The translations under genes were made by a program, and so were the position numbers. Of a stretch of DNA of 64,000 nt, positions 44,901 to 55,020 are shown piece by piece (position 1 is the stretch's first letter; each line of letters begins with the position of its first letter). This DNA is from Eutreptiella sp. 'Long Island Sound 2002'. Its lineage: Eukaryota > Protista > Euglenida. Under the pieces are notes generated by a model. The model was not told the origin of the DNA, ran no database searches, and saw only the letters and a list, made by a program, of their open reading frames with translations. The DNA is taken from the NCBI GenBank assembly GCA_964036045.1, contig OZ038379.1, positions 13,206,001-13,270,000 of the forward strand, in the 5' to 3' direction.

Positions 44901-47900
44901 ACCTGCCCGTATCTCGACTCACATTCACGTAAATAGGGTCCTCTCGGTTGCCCAAAAACGAGGAGGCGTCGCAGTACACAAACAGGACGTGGGTCCAATC
45001 GTAAAAATCCGGGTTCGTGACGATGTCCCCGCTGCCGAAATTGTTCTTGATGTAGTACTCCCGAGGCTTGTGCGTCATGCTGCCCAGGAACCCAAAGCGC
45101 CCCCTGTCGTGATGGCGGAGGAAACAACTCTTGCGGCAGCTGCGACCTCAACATGGCGCTCATTGTTGCCTTGTCGCCTTTCGGACCGTCGTCTGTCAAA
45201 CGCCCTGTGAAAGCTTCTCACCGTCGTCCCGCATCCACGACGGCGTGCGCCTGCGCACGCGCACGTTCCGGAGCAGCCTGGGTGCGCGGACCCGTGGGCA
45301 ACTTTTCCGCCATGACGCGCGCGCCCTGTGCGGAGTTGCAGCCCCGCCACTCATTTTCCGGCGGATGGATTTGGACGACGGGCGCTTAACTGGCGCAACC
45401 TCTTGCAGACTCGACCCTTGCTACCACGGGCCATGTGTTGTGTGGTGCTTGGTCTTCCAAGGCGGAGGGGTGTTGAGGGTCCTGGAGCGTTGTTGAGGTT
45501 TGTGGTGTGTCATCGAACCGCAACCGAGGCTGAGGCCCAACGGCACATCCCCTTCCGGGTTTCCTCAAAGCTTCATTGTTGTTGGAATCGCCTGAGGGGT
45601 CGCAGGTTTCTTGACGGGTTTCTTGACGGCGATGTTGGCTGCTGGCAGGTGTCGGTGCATTGTGTTGCTGGTGTGCGTGGCTGGTCTGGCGACTGCTGGT
45701 GTGGCACACACACGGAGGGGGGCCCAACTTCCGGTCCCACTGACCCTACCTCCCGTGATCCAGCCAAACTCGGGGGAGGGGAGTCACAACATACCTGACT
45801 CAAAATGATCGGCTCGTCGCGCTCATCACCATGAGCCATGCATCATGGGGGTGCAGGCCCGGGCCTGACATTGGCAGGACCACAAACTTTCAAACACCCG
45901 CCCGGGGGGGTGCCATAAAGGCTCAGTAGGTGTGCCGATTGGTATTTTCCGAGTGTATGCGCTGGTTTGCGTGCTCAAGAGGAAATTGTCTAAATTGTTC
46001 GTCCCCCGACGGTGGGGAACCGCATTTTTGGTGGGTGAGAGTGGGACGGGTGTCCCGCTGCTCACAGGTGCTGCTGCCGCCCCCATGCCGGCGCCGGCGG
46101 CATGCTTCGCATTCATACATTTCCCAATACCGTGAATTTTGGAGGGTGCTCTCAATCACCGATGAAGCCGGAGGGGGGCTGCGTGCTCCCCCCCCCCCCC
46201 CCCTGTGGTGGCACAACTACTGCTAGTGCCCGCTTTGTGTGACTTCTGCCCACCGTGTGACATTCCGTTTGGTTGTTGTTTCTTTACGGGGCCCTGGACA
46301 GTCACCCGTTCTTCCCTTCGCATGTTGCGTCGTGTTCTGTCGGCCGCTGCGGCCGGTGCTCTTGCTGGTGTCCGTTCGCGAAGCCCAGTGGTTGGTGTGC
46401 TGGGGCTGTGCTGGATGTGGCAGGATGTGGCAGGATGTCTGCCCCCCTGCCCCCCACCCCACTCCACTAGTGGATGCACAGGCAACCACCACGGGGAAGA
46501 TGCCCGGAACCGCTGCTGTGTCACACGTCGTGATCTGGAATAACCCCCCGCCATCCGGATTCCCGCCCCACAAATTCCCGCCATACAAACTCGATAAGCA
46601 AAAGCAGGTCACACACAAGACATGGCCCAGCCTTCGTGGAACACCACCCTCCCACAGACCGTCGGACGTCAAAAATGGCACACACTGGCGCACACAATAG
46701 AGCAGGATGCCGATGGGCAAGTCGTGGCCGATGGCTGGGCTCTGTTCACCACGACAGACGGGTCCTACCTCGACCGGCCACCTGCAGTTTCACACTACAT
46801 CAGCACAAAGCACAGCAAGCACCCTCTCTTTCTGGGAAACTGGGGCAAAGGAAGGGGTGCAACCTTCGCTCTTCGCAGGTCTTGTTGCTGTAACACCAGC
46901 CTGCACACCGCATCACAATGGTGGGCGTTGGCATTGCACCACAAGAGGCTCAAGGATAAATCCCCATGCCCCAACCATCACCCGACATCCGACTTCCGAG
47001 ACAAGGGGATCCTGGCCAATGCACACCATCAGCCCTCTCTTTCCCCTAACTCTAATACCAGCGCCAACCCTTTTCTAATTGACATCGGGGGGGAGGCCGA
47101 AATCCGGTGAGCTAAGTGAAGATATAGGTGTAGGTGTAGGTGACGGGGGGGGGGGTTCCAGGTAAACTGGTGCCGCCTGTGTGCTGCAGGGCACCGCAGG
47201 GTTAGAGGTCCCTGTTGGACTGGCGAATAAGCAGACTGTTTTCAGCTGCGGTTGTAAAAAACCAAACGGATGAAATGGACGGCCACCGCAACAGAACACA
47301 GGCACAGAATGGCAAAGGTGTGCAACAGGCTGAGGAATTGGCGCAGCGCAGTACCGGATGGGGGCGATTTTGATATGTGCGAAATTTGGAATGGCGAAAT
47401 GTAGTGTAGAGAAGACTTGACACCATTTCTGGAAAAATAGAAGATTTGGTGGTTGTTGCTTCCTGGTGGCTTCTGGATGCTTGCTGTTATCTGCATGCAT
47501 GAATATGCTGCCAAGAGCGCCAAAAATGACACTTAGAAAAAATGGCTGCAACCTTGAAACACCGCGGCACAATTTTGCACACCTTTGTTGCGCCAAATTT
47601 TGCCATTCCAAATTTCGTCTGTTCCAACCCCCTGTGTGACATTCCGTCCGGTTGTTGCTCCTTTACGGGGCCCTGGACAGTCACCCGTTCTTCCCTTCGC
47701 ATGTTGCGTCGGGTTGCTGCTTTCTGTTGGCCGCTGCGGCCGGTGCTCTTGCTGGTGTCGTTTCCGCGTTTGTGGAGCCCAGTGGTTGGTGTGTTGGGGC
47801 TGTGCTGAATGTGGCATGGTGTGCCGTTTGCGCGTCAGCGGCGCCCAACAGTTGGCGTATTGAGGATGTGCTGGTTGTTGCCGGGGACTTGCTTGGTCCA

Positions 47901-49983
47901 GAATAGTGATCCTGTGAGGCGTTCGTTGATGCATTCCTGGTAAGCGAAGCAACCGCTCAATGGAAATAATGCCCAGTGCTGGTGCTGCAACATTGCTGTG
48001 TGTATGCACTTCTGTTCAGTCCACTATTCATAAGCGCAGACGCGTCAGGAGAATGGCGTGAATCGGTTCCAGGATATCCCAGGGGGGGGGGTTGCTGTGT
48101 GCTGCTGTCATTCGGGCTGTGCATTCTGACTGATGCAGTTTCGCCTCTAGCACCAGGTGGACTGGAGGTGGACTGGACGAGAGTTGCGATCGGAGGTTGG
48201 ACTGCAGGTGGACTGGAGATGCTCGCATCGGAGATCTCGAGGTGCATTAAACCGTGTGTACATACAACTTGGGAGGCTTCAATCCCATGCACCAGCCCTG
48301 CTCTCCATCGAGGACACCAATCAGGCAGGCGCACAGCGGGGCAGACCTCCTCCTTCCAACAAGATCACCCACTTATCAGGTCGCCCAGGCCTCATGTAGT
48401 AACCTGCACACATGATGAGGGTATTAAAGACGGTCACAATCGACTGTCTGGATTGATCAACGCAGTGACAACCGGAATTTCTCAGAGAGAGAAACGCAGC
48501 GCCTGCAGTTCTTCTTCGCTGTTTTACGCACTTTTGGCAGATTGGCAATCGTTTCGTGGATCAAGACATTCATTTCACTCAGTTGGAATCCTCCTCCTCA
48601 TTCTCATCATCCTCCTCAGCAGAAGTGAGGGACGTGCCAGAAGATGACTCCGAATCAGAGGATTCTGAATCCGAGCCGAAGGAGGTGGGTGATCGCAAAT
48701 TTCGATCCCGCTGCCCTCCCACAAGCTCTACTTATGCTTGTGGGATAGTAGTGTTTACAGCCCGCAGTGCCCAAATAAAAAAACAATGCATTCATAAAAT
48801 AGCACTAGATACCGTGTGCACCGCCTGCTCGTCTCTGTGAGAGTACTCGACATCCAGGGACATTTCGCACCCTTCCGATGGGCTGGGGGAAACAGATTTT
48901 TCTTTCCACCAACCATGAGGTCACAAACACTTGCATCGCGCACACATTTATCATCTAACATTTGCAATGCTTTCGCACGATCATGTCCAACACTTGCAAT
49001 GTGCACGCACCGTGAGGCCAAACATTTGCACCGCGCACCTGAGGTCAAACACTCCAATGCCCGCGCACCGTCAGGTCAAACACTTGCAATGCACACTCAC
49101 CATCCCATCAAATTTGACCTCACCTCACGGTGCATGCGTATTGCAAATGCTTCACGGCACGGTGTCTGCACGTTGCAAATGTTTGACCTCACGGTGCGTG
49201 CCTTGCAAGTGTTTGATATGATGCATGCGCATTGAAGTGTTTGACCTCAGGGTGCGCGCGCGTTGCAAATATTTGACATCGCAACGCGCGCGCGTTGCAA
49301 CTGTCAGACCTCACCGTGCTGGCGCGTTGTAAGTGTTTGACCTCACACGGCACGCGTGTGGCAAATGTGAGCCCCGACGGTGCGTTCGCGGTGCACGTTT
49401 GACCTAATGTGGTTTGCACCTTGCAATTGCCTCACCTCATGGTGTGTGCGCCTTGGAAATGTTTGACGTGATGCATGCGCATTGAAGTGTTCGACCTCAG
49501 GGTGCGCTCGCGGCAACACGCACGCAGCGTGAGGCACTTGCAAGGCGTAGACACCGTGAGAGCAAACACTTGCAATACGTGTTTGACCTCACGGTGTGTA
49601 CGCGTTGCACAAACGATTGCAACGCACACGCTTGGTTTCTTCGCCACTTGCCCACAGGAAACAACATGCTCAAAGAAGGGTGCGCCATTTGCCGGAAGGA
49701 GGTGTTCAAAGAGAGTCGTGGGATCAGGCCGAGCAGTAGCGCATCGGGTGCCATTTCGGCGATCGCCGGTGCACCTTGGTGACATGGGTTGTATGGGTGG
49801 GTGGGTTGTACCATAAGGCGGACAAATGAGTTGCTTCGGGGTCATACGAGAATGGTCAATCAATACCTGCTGGAGATCCATCAAGGCACAAAGCACCCAT
49901 GGCCGACGCATGGCCGGGAACGTACTTGTCCATGGCGACGTCGTGTTTGGTCTTGCGCATTGCGCCATTGACTTGGATTTGCT
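32759..49983 (-). CDS. Pectin acetylesterase / Notum family (PAE) alpha/beta hydrolase, 11 exons recovered, at least 414 aa; 5' end uncertain (further upstream exon, or in-frame ATG at 50128 giving a hydrophobic leader)
   Basis: Phase-compatible GT-AG exons give ALCLDGSPAGYYMRPG..KWVILLEGGGWCYSNKTCEER..FLGS..NPDFYDW....YCDASSFLG..VYYRG..FAGHSAG..DAGLFLD..CMFPGY..IQTPIF...YDNW..GLWLSAC..VH..GTSLRDAFRQW. Confidence 0.93.
34437..34521 (-). CDS. PAE exon (SAGLWLSACDLGVHGETIYHRWW; catalytic His)
   Basis: ttgcag|G ... AGG|GTGTGT; 85 nt. Confidence 0.82.
35983..36094 (-). CDS. PAE exon (LPWLSFK...PYLMKD)
   Basis: gttcag|GG ... AG|GTGCAC; 112 nt; phases fit both neighbours. Confidence 0.8.
36680..38820. 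mobile_element. Foldback/MITE-like unit with degenerate A/T-run-rich inverted arms (intronic)
   Basis: gtcgtgta 36702 / tacacgac 38777; tcgtgtaatgttttttt 36725 / aaaaaaacattacacga 38718; ctgtcagcgtgtg 36774 / cacatgctgacag 38704, in mirrored order. Confidence 0.5.
37608..38990. repeat. Inverted pair of an ~80-bp dispersed repeat (37608-37686 plus; 38911-38990 minus)
   Basis: Core TATACTCAAAATGC..AGAATTYTATGGRGAATC..ATATGYATGCA in opposite orientations. Confidence 0.75.
39286..39423 (-). CDS. PAE exon (CMFPGY...TPIF...YDNW; catalytic Asp)
   Basis: tttcag|GA ... G|GTGTGC; 138 nt. Confidence 0.9.
40137..40199 (-). CDS. PAE exon (SHGKSHCESLQRGHDLWNAT)
   Basis: gcgtag|GC ... G|GTTTGC; 63 nt; phase 1-1. 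Confidence 0.8.
40572..40679 (-). CDS. PAE exon (GAMAVMIHID...DAGLFLD)
   Basis: tgacag|GT ... A|GTATGA; 108 nt. Confidence 0.9.
41666..41784 (-). CDS. PAE exon (VYYRG...FAGHSA; catalytic Ser)
   Basis: cgttag|G ... GCAG|GTCTGC; 119 nt; not present as an ORF in the supplied track. Confidence 0.9.
42060..43790. mobile_element. Non-autonomous element with terminal GCGTAAGTCGC motif clusters in inverted orientation (intronic)
   Basis: GCGTAAGTCGC at 42107, 42149, 43670; GCGACTTACGC at 43745, 43774; degenerate copies at 43440-43660. Confidence 0.5.
44903..45103 (-). CDS. PAE exon (FLGS...NPDFYDW...YCD)
   Basis: gacag|G ... AG|GTCTGC; 201 nt (alternative donor GTGAGT at 44922). Confidence 0.9.
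46254..46430 (-). mobile_element. SINE-like dispersed repeat, copy 1 (translates as MRREERVTVQGPVK)
   Basis: Closely similar to 47630-47820. Confidence 0.7.
46864..46900 (-). CDS. PAE micro-exon (WCYSNKTCEER)
   Basis: gtgcag|GC ... AG|GTTGCA; 37 nt; phases 1 and 2 match both neighbours. Confidence 0.88.
47630..47820 (-). mobile_element. SINE-like dispersed repeat, copy 2
   Basis: gtgtgacattccg...ctttacggggccctggacagtcacccgttcttcccttcgcatgttgcgtcg shared with copy 1. Confidence 0.7.
48347..48403 (-). CDS. PAE exon (YYMRPGRPDKWVILLEGG)
   Basis: gtgcag|GT ... GGAG|GTCTGC; 57 nt. Confidence 0.9.
48915..49610. repeat. Degenerate ~32-bp minisatellite that switches strand at ~49110-49125
   Basis: gaggtcaaacacttgcaa units to the left; ttgcaagtgtttgacctcacggtg units to the right. 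Confidence 0.85.
49867..49983 (-). CDS. PAE exon (ALCLDGSPAG)
   Basis: gggacag|AG ... GCAG|GTATTG; may extend 5' to ATG 50128. Confidence 0.85.
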
Positions 49984-50199
49984 CTGTCCCAAAAGCAGAA
50001 AGGAAGCACACAAATTGCGCGAAGAGAGCACTGGGATAGGTGGTGGGTAGTAATAGCAATGAAACGAGTGCGGAGAAAAAAACACGATGGCAAACCTCGG
50101 AAACCTCGTGAAGATTCACATGTCGCATCCTTTTCGTGGCGTCTAAGCTTGAGCCGGTTAGCTTACCAAGCATCACAAGCATCGTGTGGTGGTTCGCAA

Positions 50200-53100
50200 A
50201 GCATTGATTTTGCGAGATGGTTTGCTGCGAAGAAACAACACTTCATCATTGAGCTATAAGGCTACGCCAAAACGGATACGAACCGATGGTGCGCATGTAC
50301 AAGCAAAAGAAGCGGATGTAGATATGCGAGTGACGTTGGGCAATTCAAGCAATCCAAGCTAAATACAAGACGCCACGTCACAACTTTGGAGGTTGGCATG
50401 AGGCTAAGGGGACATATATACCCAACGCGGCCGGAGCAACGGGGGCGACAACGGGAGCAACGGTGACGCGGTCGGCAACGTCGGCGGTCCCACGTCCAAC
50501 GACGGCGGGCATGCCACCGGCAATGGCACGCGTGCCAATGCCAATGCCACCAATAGTTGCAGTGCCAGCGACGGTGTCAACCTTGGAGGCAACCGGCGGC
50601 ATGGTCGGTGCAACAGCGGCAGCCGAGAGTGATCGCATCAGCGCGTCGTGCTTCGTGTTCGCTGCAACGATGTCCTTTTTGAGGTTGGATACAAGATGAT
50701 GCAACCCTTGGACTTCATCACGCAAAGCCACCATGCTTGATACATCTCCGTTCCCCTTGTTGTCTTGGCAATCCGCAGAGTTCTAAAGCAAAGATGAACC
50801 AAACCTTAGGATCGCGCAACGTCCCTTAACACAATCAAACCTTGCAGTTGTACAAATAAGGGCGTCCCATGTGAGCCTTTTTGCATAGCTAATGGTAGGT
50901 TAACTCAAAGCACCTTATTTCGTGTGTCGACGCGAAAAGGCTTAAATGCGTTGACGGAGGCTTGGGGCACGGTGCGACATTATTCGCCATACTTAGCAAG
51001 GAGTGCAAAAGAAAAAAAGAAACAAAACGTATTTCCTCGATGGAGACTTAGTGCGGAGAAGCATCATAGTGCACGAACGGCTTTCTACGAAACACACTTG
51101 GTAACATGCCATGAGGAGCATCATGAGGCAAACTTGCGTGATGAGGAGCACAAACACAATGCCCTTCCATTTGGCCGCCGATGCGACCGCCATGATTTCC
51201 CTAGGAGCGGATCGTCATGGCCTGCGCGGACAAAAATGGTGAACGACAACGAGCTAAAAGAGCGATTCCACAATTTGCTTCAAGGTGGCCATGCGATGGC
51301 CGAGACTAGTTGCGAGAGCAGTGCACTAGACGACGCAAAGCACAAAGACACTTCTCAACCGGGCATGACGTGATCGTGGTCTCGGAGAGTGGCCTCACAA
51401 ACAAAAGAACGCAAAATTTCGTCTCTTGTCACTTGTTTTAATGTACGACGTGCGATACGTGGCATGCAAATGTTCTCGCCCTTTCAAGCCTTCCGCCTTT
51501 CACCTTTGTTTTCAGACACGTGGTTGAAACCTTCACTATTTTGTGTGCGCGAAGCGGCACGCTCCTCGATCATATATTCATCCGCACACCATGTGGATGC
51601 TCTTGTGTTGTGCGTGTCAGTGACTTTGCACTTGTGTGCAAATGTACGTTTTATTCACGCCATGCAAATTGAAAATGTTCGTTTTGTTCGACGGCACAAT
51701 AGAAAGAAACAAAAAAATGGAAATCGGAAATCAAGTTAGGGGCCGCAGCCCGCTTGTTTCGCCATTGCAACGCACTTGTGAGGAACGAAGCAACACGGCA
51801 TTCTTTGTGCAAAGAGAGTAAATACATGACGGATGGTCGTTTTTCTCGCAAGAAGGTGAACGTGGCATTTGAGTAGTGCGTCATCAAACGTTGGTGTAAG
51901 AATGTATCGATTAAAGCCATAACGATAACTCCCGAGGCTTATGCTGCGTAAGTTGTTGTTGAACTCGTTGCCCCCGGTCTTGTCACGTGAGTTATGGTAC
52001 ATGTGATCGTTTAAGGCACGGCTTAAACATGGTATTCAGTAGTTGATATATTCGAGGCAAGGATATTTCCGGAGGCATAGATACAAACGGGTGCATTGGT
52101 CCCCGATGACGACAGTGGAGTCGTGCGTTGTATCCACGCCCATAGAGAAAGCCAAAAGGCGAGCTTTCGCAGGAAATGACTGAACGCTTTTGTTTGCGAC
52201 ATGATTCATTCTTTTTGTGTTTGGAAAAATTATAATTAACACAATAACTTAAGGGAATTTTCTTGCCAGTCTTGCAAGACTCAGTTTCCCCCGCCGGCTC
52301 CGGGTCCGGTGATCTCTGCACAAAACTCAAGGTCGAAGTAGTCTTCGAAATCTCCCGAGGGACGACAGGGGACGTAGGGAAGGCGAGGGCAATGCACAAG
52401 ACACAGATTCTCAGCTTCGCACACAACACTACAAGTTCCCATGCATCCACCAGGTTTGCAATGAATGCCGGCAATAGCGAATGACTTGAAATGATGCACC
52501 AAGACAACACGTTTGGTCGCCTGGTGCCACAAACCCCAGCAGCCCGAACCCGCGTTTTCGTTTGGTAGTGTCGTCCATTCTAAAAAGTTTTCATCCAAGG
52601 GTGAAACATGACGGCCAAGAAAAAAATTGCGCCGTTTTGAAGTTGAAATGCGCTCCTCCTCAATTGTACTTGTTGATTTGTCGGTTGTTGGGGGACCATT
52701 TCATCGTGCGTCACTCATTGCCTTGAAGGAACTACACGAATTTGATTGAACACATGTTCGACGCGCCTTTGGTATCAAATATCCTTTTCGACGGAGAGCT
52801 CTCCAAAGATATGAGATGCAAGACGACAACGCGGTTTTACCTCAACTTTTGTGGTATGTCGTATTTTGTATGCCGCTATGTTTCGCCAAACGCGCCTTGG
52901 CCCCTTGCAAACGTTTCCCTCCCATCATGCCACAACCTGCACGTGCAACTTTGAGCTCGAGGGTGCATTCCATTTGCATGTTTCTCGACAAGAGCTTTAA
53001 CAAGATCTTCGCCCGGCAACGTGTCCACCACGGAACGCTACCGTGTACAACGTACGGGCCTCATCAATTCTTTCAAGGAGCCACAATGGAGTGTTGCAAG

Positions 53101-54100
53101 TTGCACCGCACCGGGTAGGTTGCTTGCGTGGTCAGGCATTGTTGGCGGTTTGCGGTGTCCCGTAGGTTAGGGAGGTGTTGAAATCGCAACGTCCCAACAC
53201 GGTCCAAATGCGTTACGTTCTAGATGAGTATCATGGCACACACGCCGACCCCACCTATAATCGGTGGTAGTTCCCGCGGCTTAATCATTGCAACCCGAAT
53301 CGAAGTGGGTTTCCGCAAGCGTGATACCATAACGTACAATGAGGCCGCTCTTTCGATGCAATTCCTTGGCGAGTCCGAATCCGATTCGAAAGTCGATCAA
53401 TGCTGCGTGATGTCCAAGATCAACGGGTGCAAAGATTGGCCAACGAAACATGAACCGGACACGCACCGAAGGTGTTGTTGTCTTGTGCTACACTCCCCTA
53501 GCGAGGACGGAGGCGTAATTGCGCAAGCCTTAGTGCCAATGTAGCCGTCCATGAGGGTCGTTTTCAAACATCTTGAATGTATTGCTCACCCGTATATGAA
53601 GCGTGTGTCCGATGTAGGTGCAATGGTGCTTATCATTTGTATTGTTTGACTCCGCCATTGAGGGCCGTACCACAAGGTTTGTGACATCCGACCTATGGCC
53701 ATGGGTCACCCTCCACTATGTATGGTGTACTACGCCGCCGGGACAAGGTGCTACCTTGTTTCGACGTCGTTTGTAGGCAAGTGATTTTGTGAAGGGTGCC
53801 TTGGACGCATCAAAGTCGAACATGGTTCCCCCGTTCGGGAGCGTGCTTTCCCACTTTGGGGGCGTGGCGGGAGATGCAAACAAACGCTCGCCTCACGCAA
53901 AGTAGCCCCGAGAAGCGAGTTGTCCTCTAATTCGAGTACGACCGTGAGCTCCGATAGTATTCTGATTGCCGGGGCTTTCTCCCTACGCCTTGCCGCTCGG
54001 TCGCCCACCTATCTCATTGAGACAACTATCTGAATTCGTAGATTGCCGTTCTCCCGTTCACTTGCCTCGAGGCCATCTACAACATATACACCGCCGATGG
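50200..54100 (-). pseudogene. ~4 kb decayed coding island (possible kinase-like and GIY-YIG-like remnants); TE-derived or foreign
   Basis: Lacks the long homopolymer-G/C and CA tracts seen elsewhere; broken frames with RGQGAFGET (~52881-52905), AKARLLAFSMG and SMPPEI (~52070-52170), CTYIGHT (~53600). Confidence 0.3.
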
Positions 54101-54669
54101 GCGTGCCTTCCGTTGCACAATCGCAACGGTAGAATCGCAACGTGCATGTGGAATTGAAGGATGTGGCGCACCATGTTTTTGTACGCATGACGCGACCTCG
54201 TCGAGAAACTAGCTAAGATGGAGACATGCACACATTTAGGCTTCCATTTATTCATTCTGTTTTTTGCAGCCTCAAGCCATGCGATACGCCCCTCACTACA
54301 CAAGCTACCGAACAAATCATGGGCACACAAACGCCGCGTCACACACACACACACACACACACACCTTTATGTTGCCAAGGATCACATCCACATTACCGTC
54401 AACGACGAGGCATGCGCATCCATCTCACGCCAACAACCCGCTTGGGCAAAACCCTGCCGGGGTGCCAAAGTGGCCAAGTGTATGTGCGTGTGCGCGTGAT
54501 GGGTGCCGAGAGATAGACGGTTTTTGCGGTGTGTGTGTGTGTGTGTGTGGGTGGGTGGGTGGGTGGTTGGAAGGAAGGGGAGATTGGGATTCGTCTCCCA
54601 AAAACCCACGAACGGCCACTCTATAGATTGGGCGTGTGTCATGTGCGGCGGCACAAATGACGCTCAGCA

Positions 54670-55020
54670 GATGCATTTTCCCTTATCCATGTAGCCACTT
54701 CCCCTTATCCATACAGCCACTTACTTCCCCTTATCCATGTAGACACTTCCCCTGATCCATGCAGTCACTCACCCATATTGATGCAGCCACTTCCCCTTAT
54801 CTATACAGCCACTTCCCATTATCCATTCAGCTACTGCCCCCTGTCCACAAAGCCCGTTCCTCTTATCCATACACTCCATACACATATACATACATCCATA
54901 TCCATACACTTATCCATACAGCCACTTCCCCTCATCCATACAGCCACTCCCCCTTATCCATACACCCACTGCCCCTGATCCATGCAGCCACTTCCCTTTA
55001 TCCATAGAGCTACTTCCCCT
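54670..55020 (+). repeat. ~22-bp minisatellite (cagccacttccccttatccata), about 12 degenerate copies
   Basis: Direct tandem copies. Confidence 0.9.

Noticed and set aside
48250-48297. Apparent GWC exon directly after the EGGG exon of PAE
   Set aside because: The acceptor phase is incompatible; the phase-compatible WCYSNKTCEER exon is at 46864-46900
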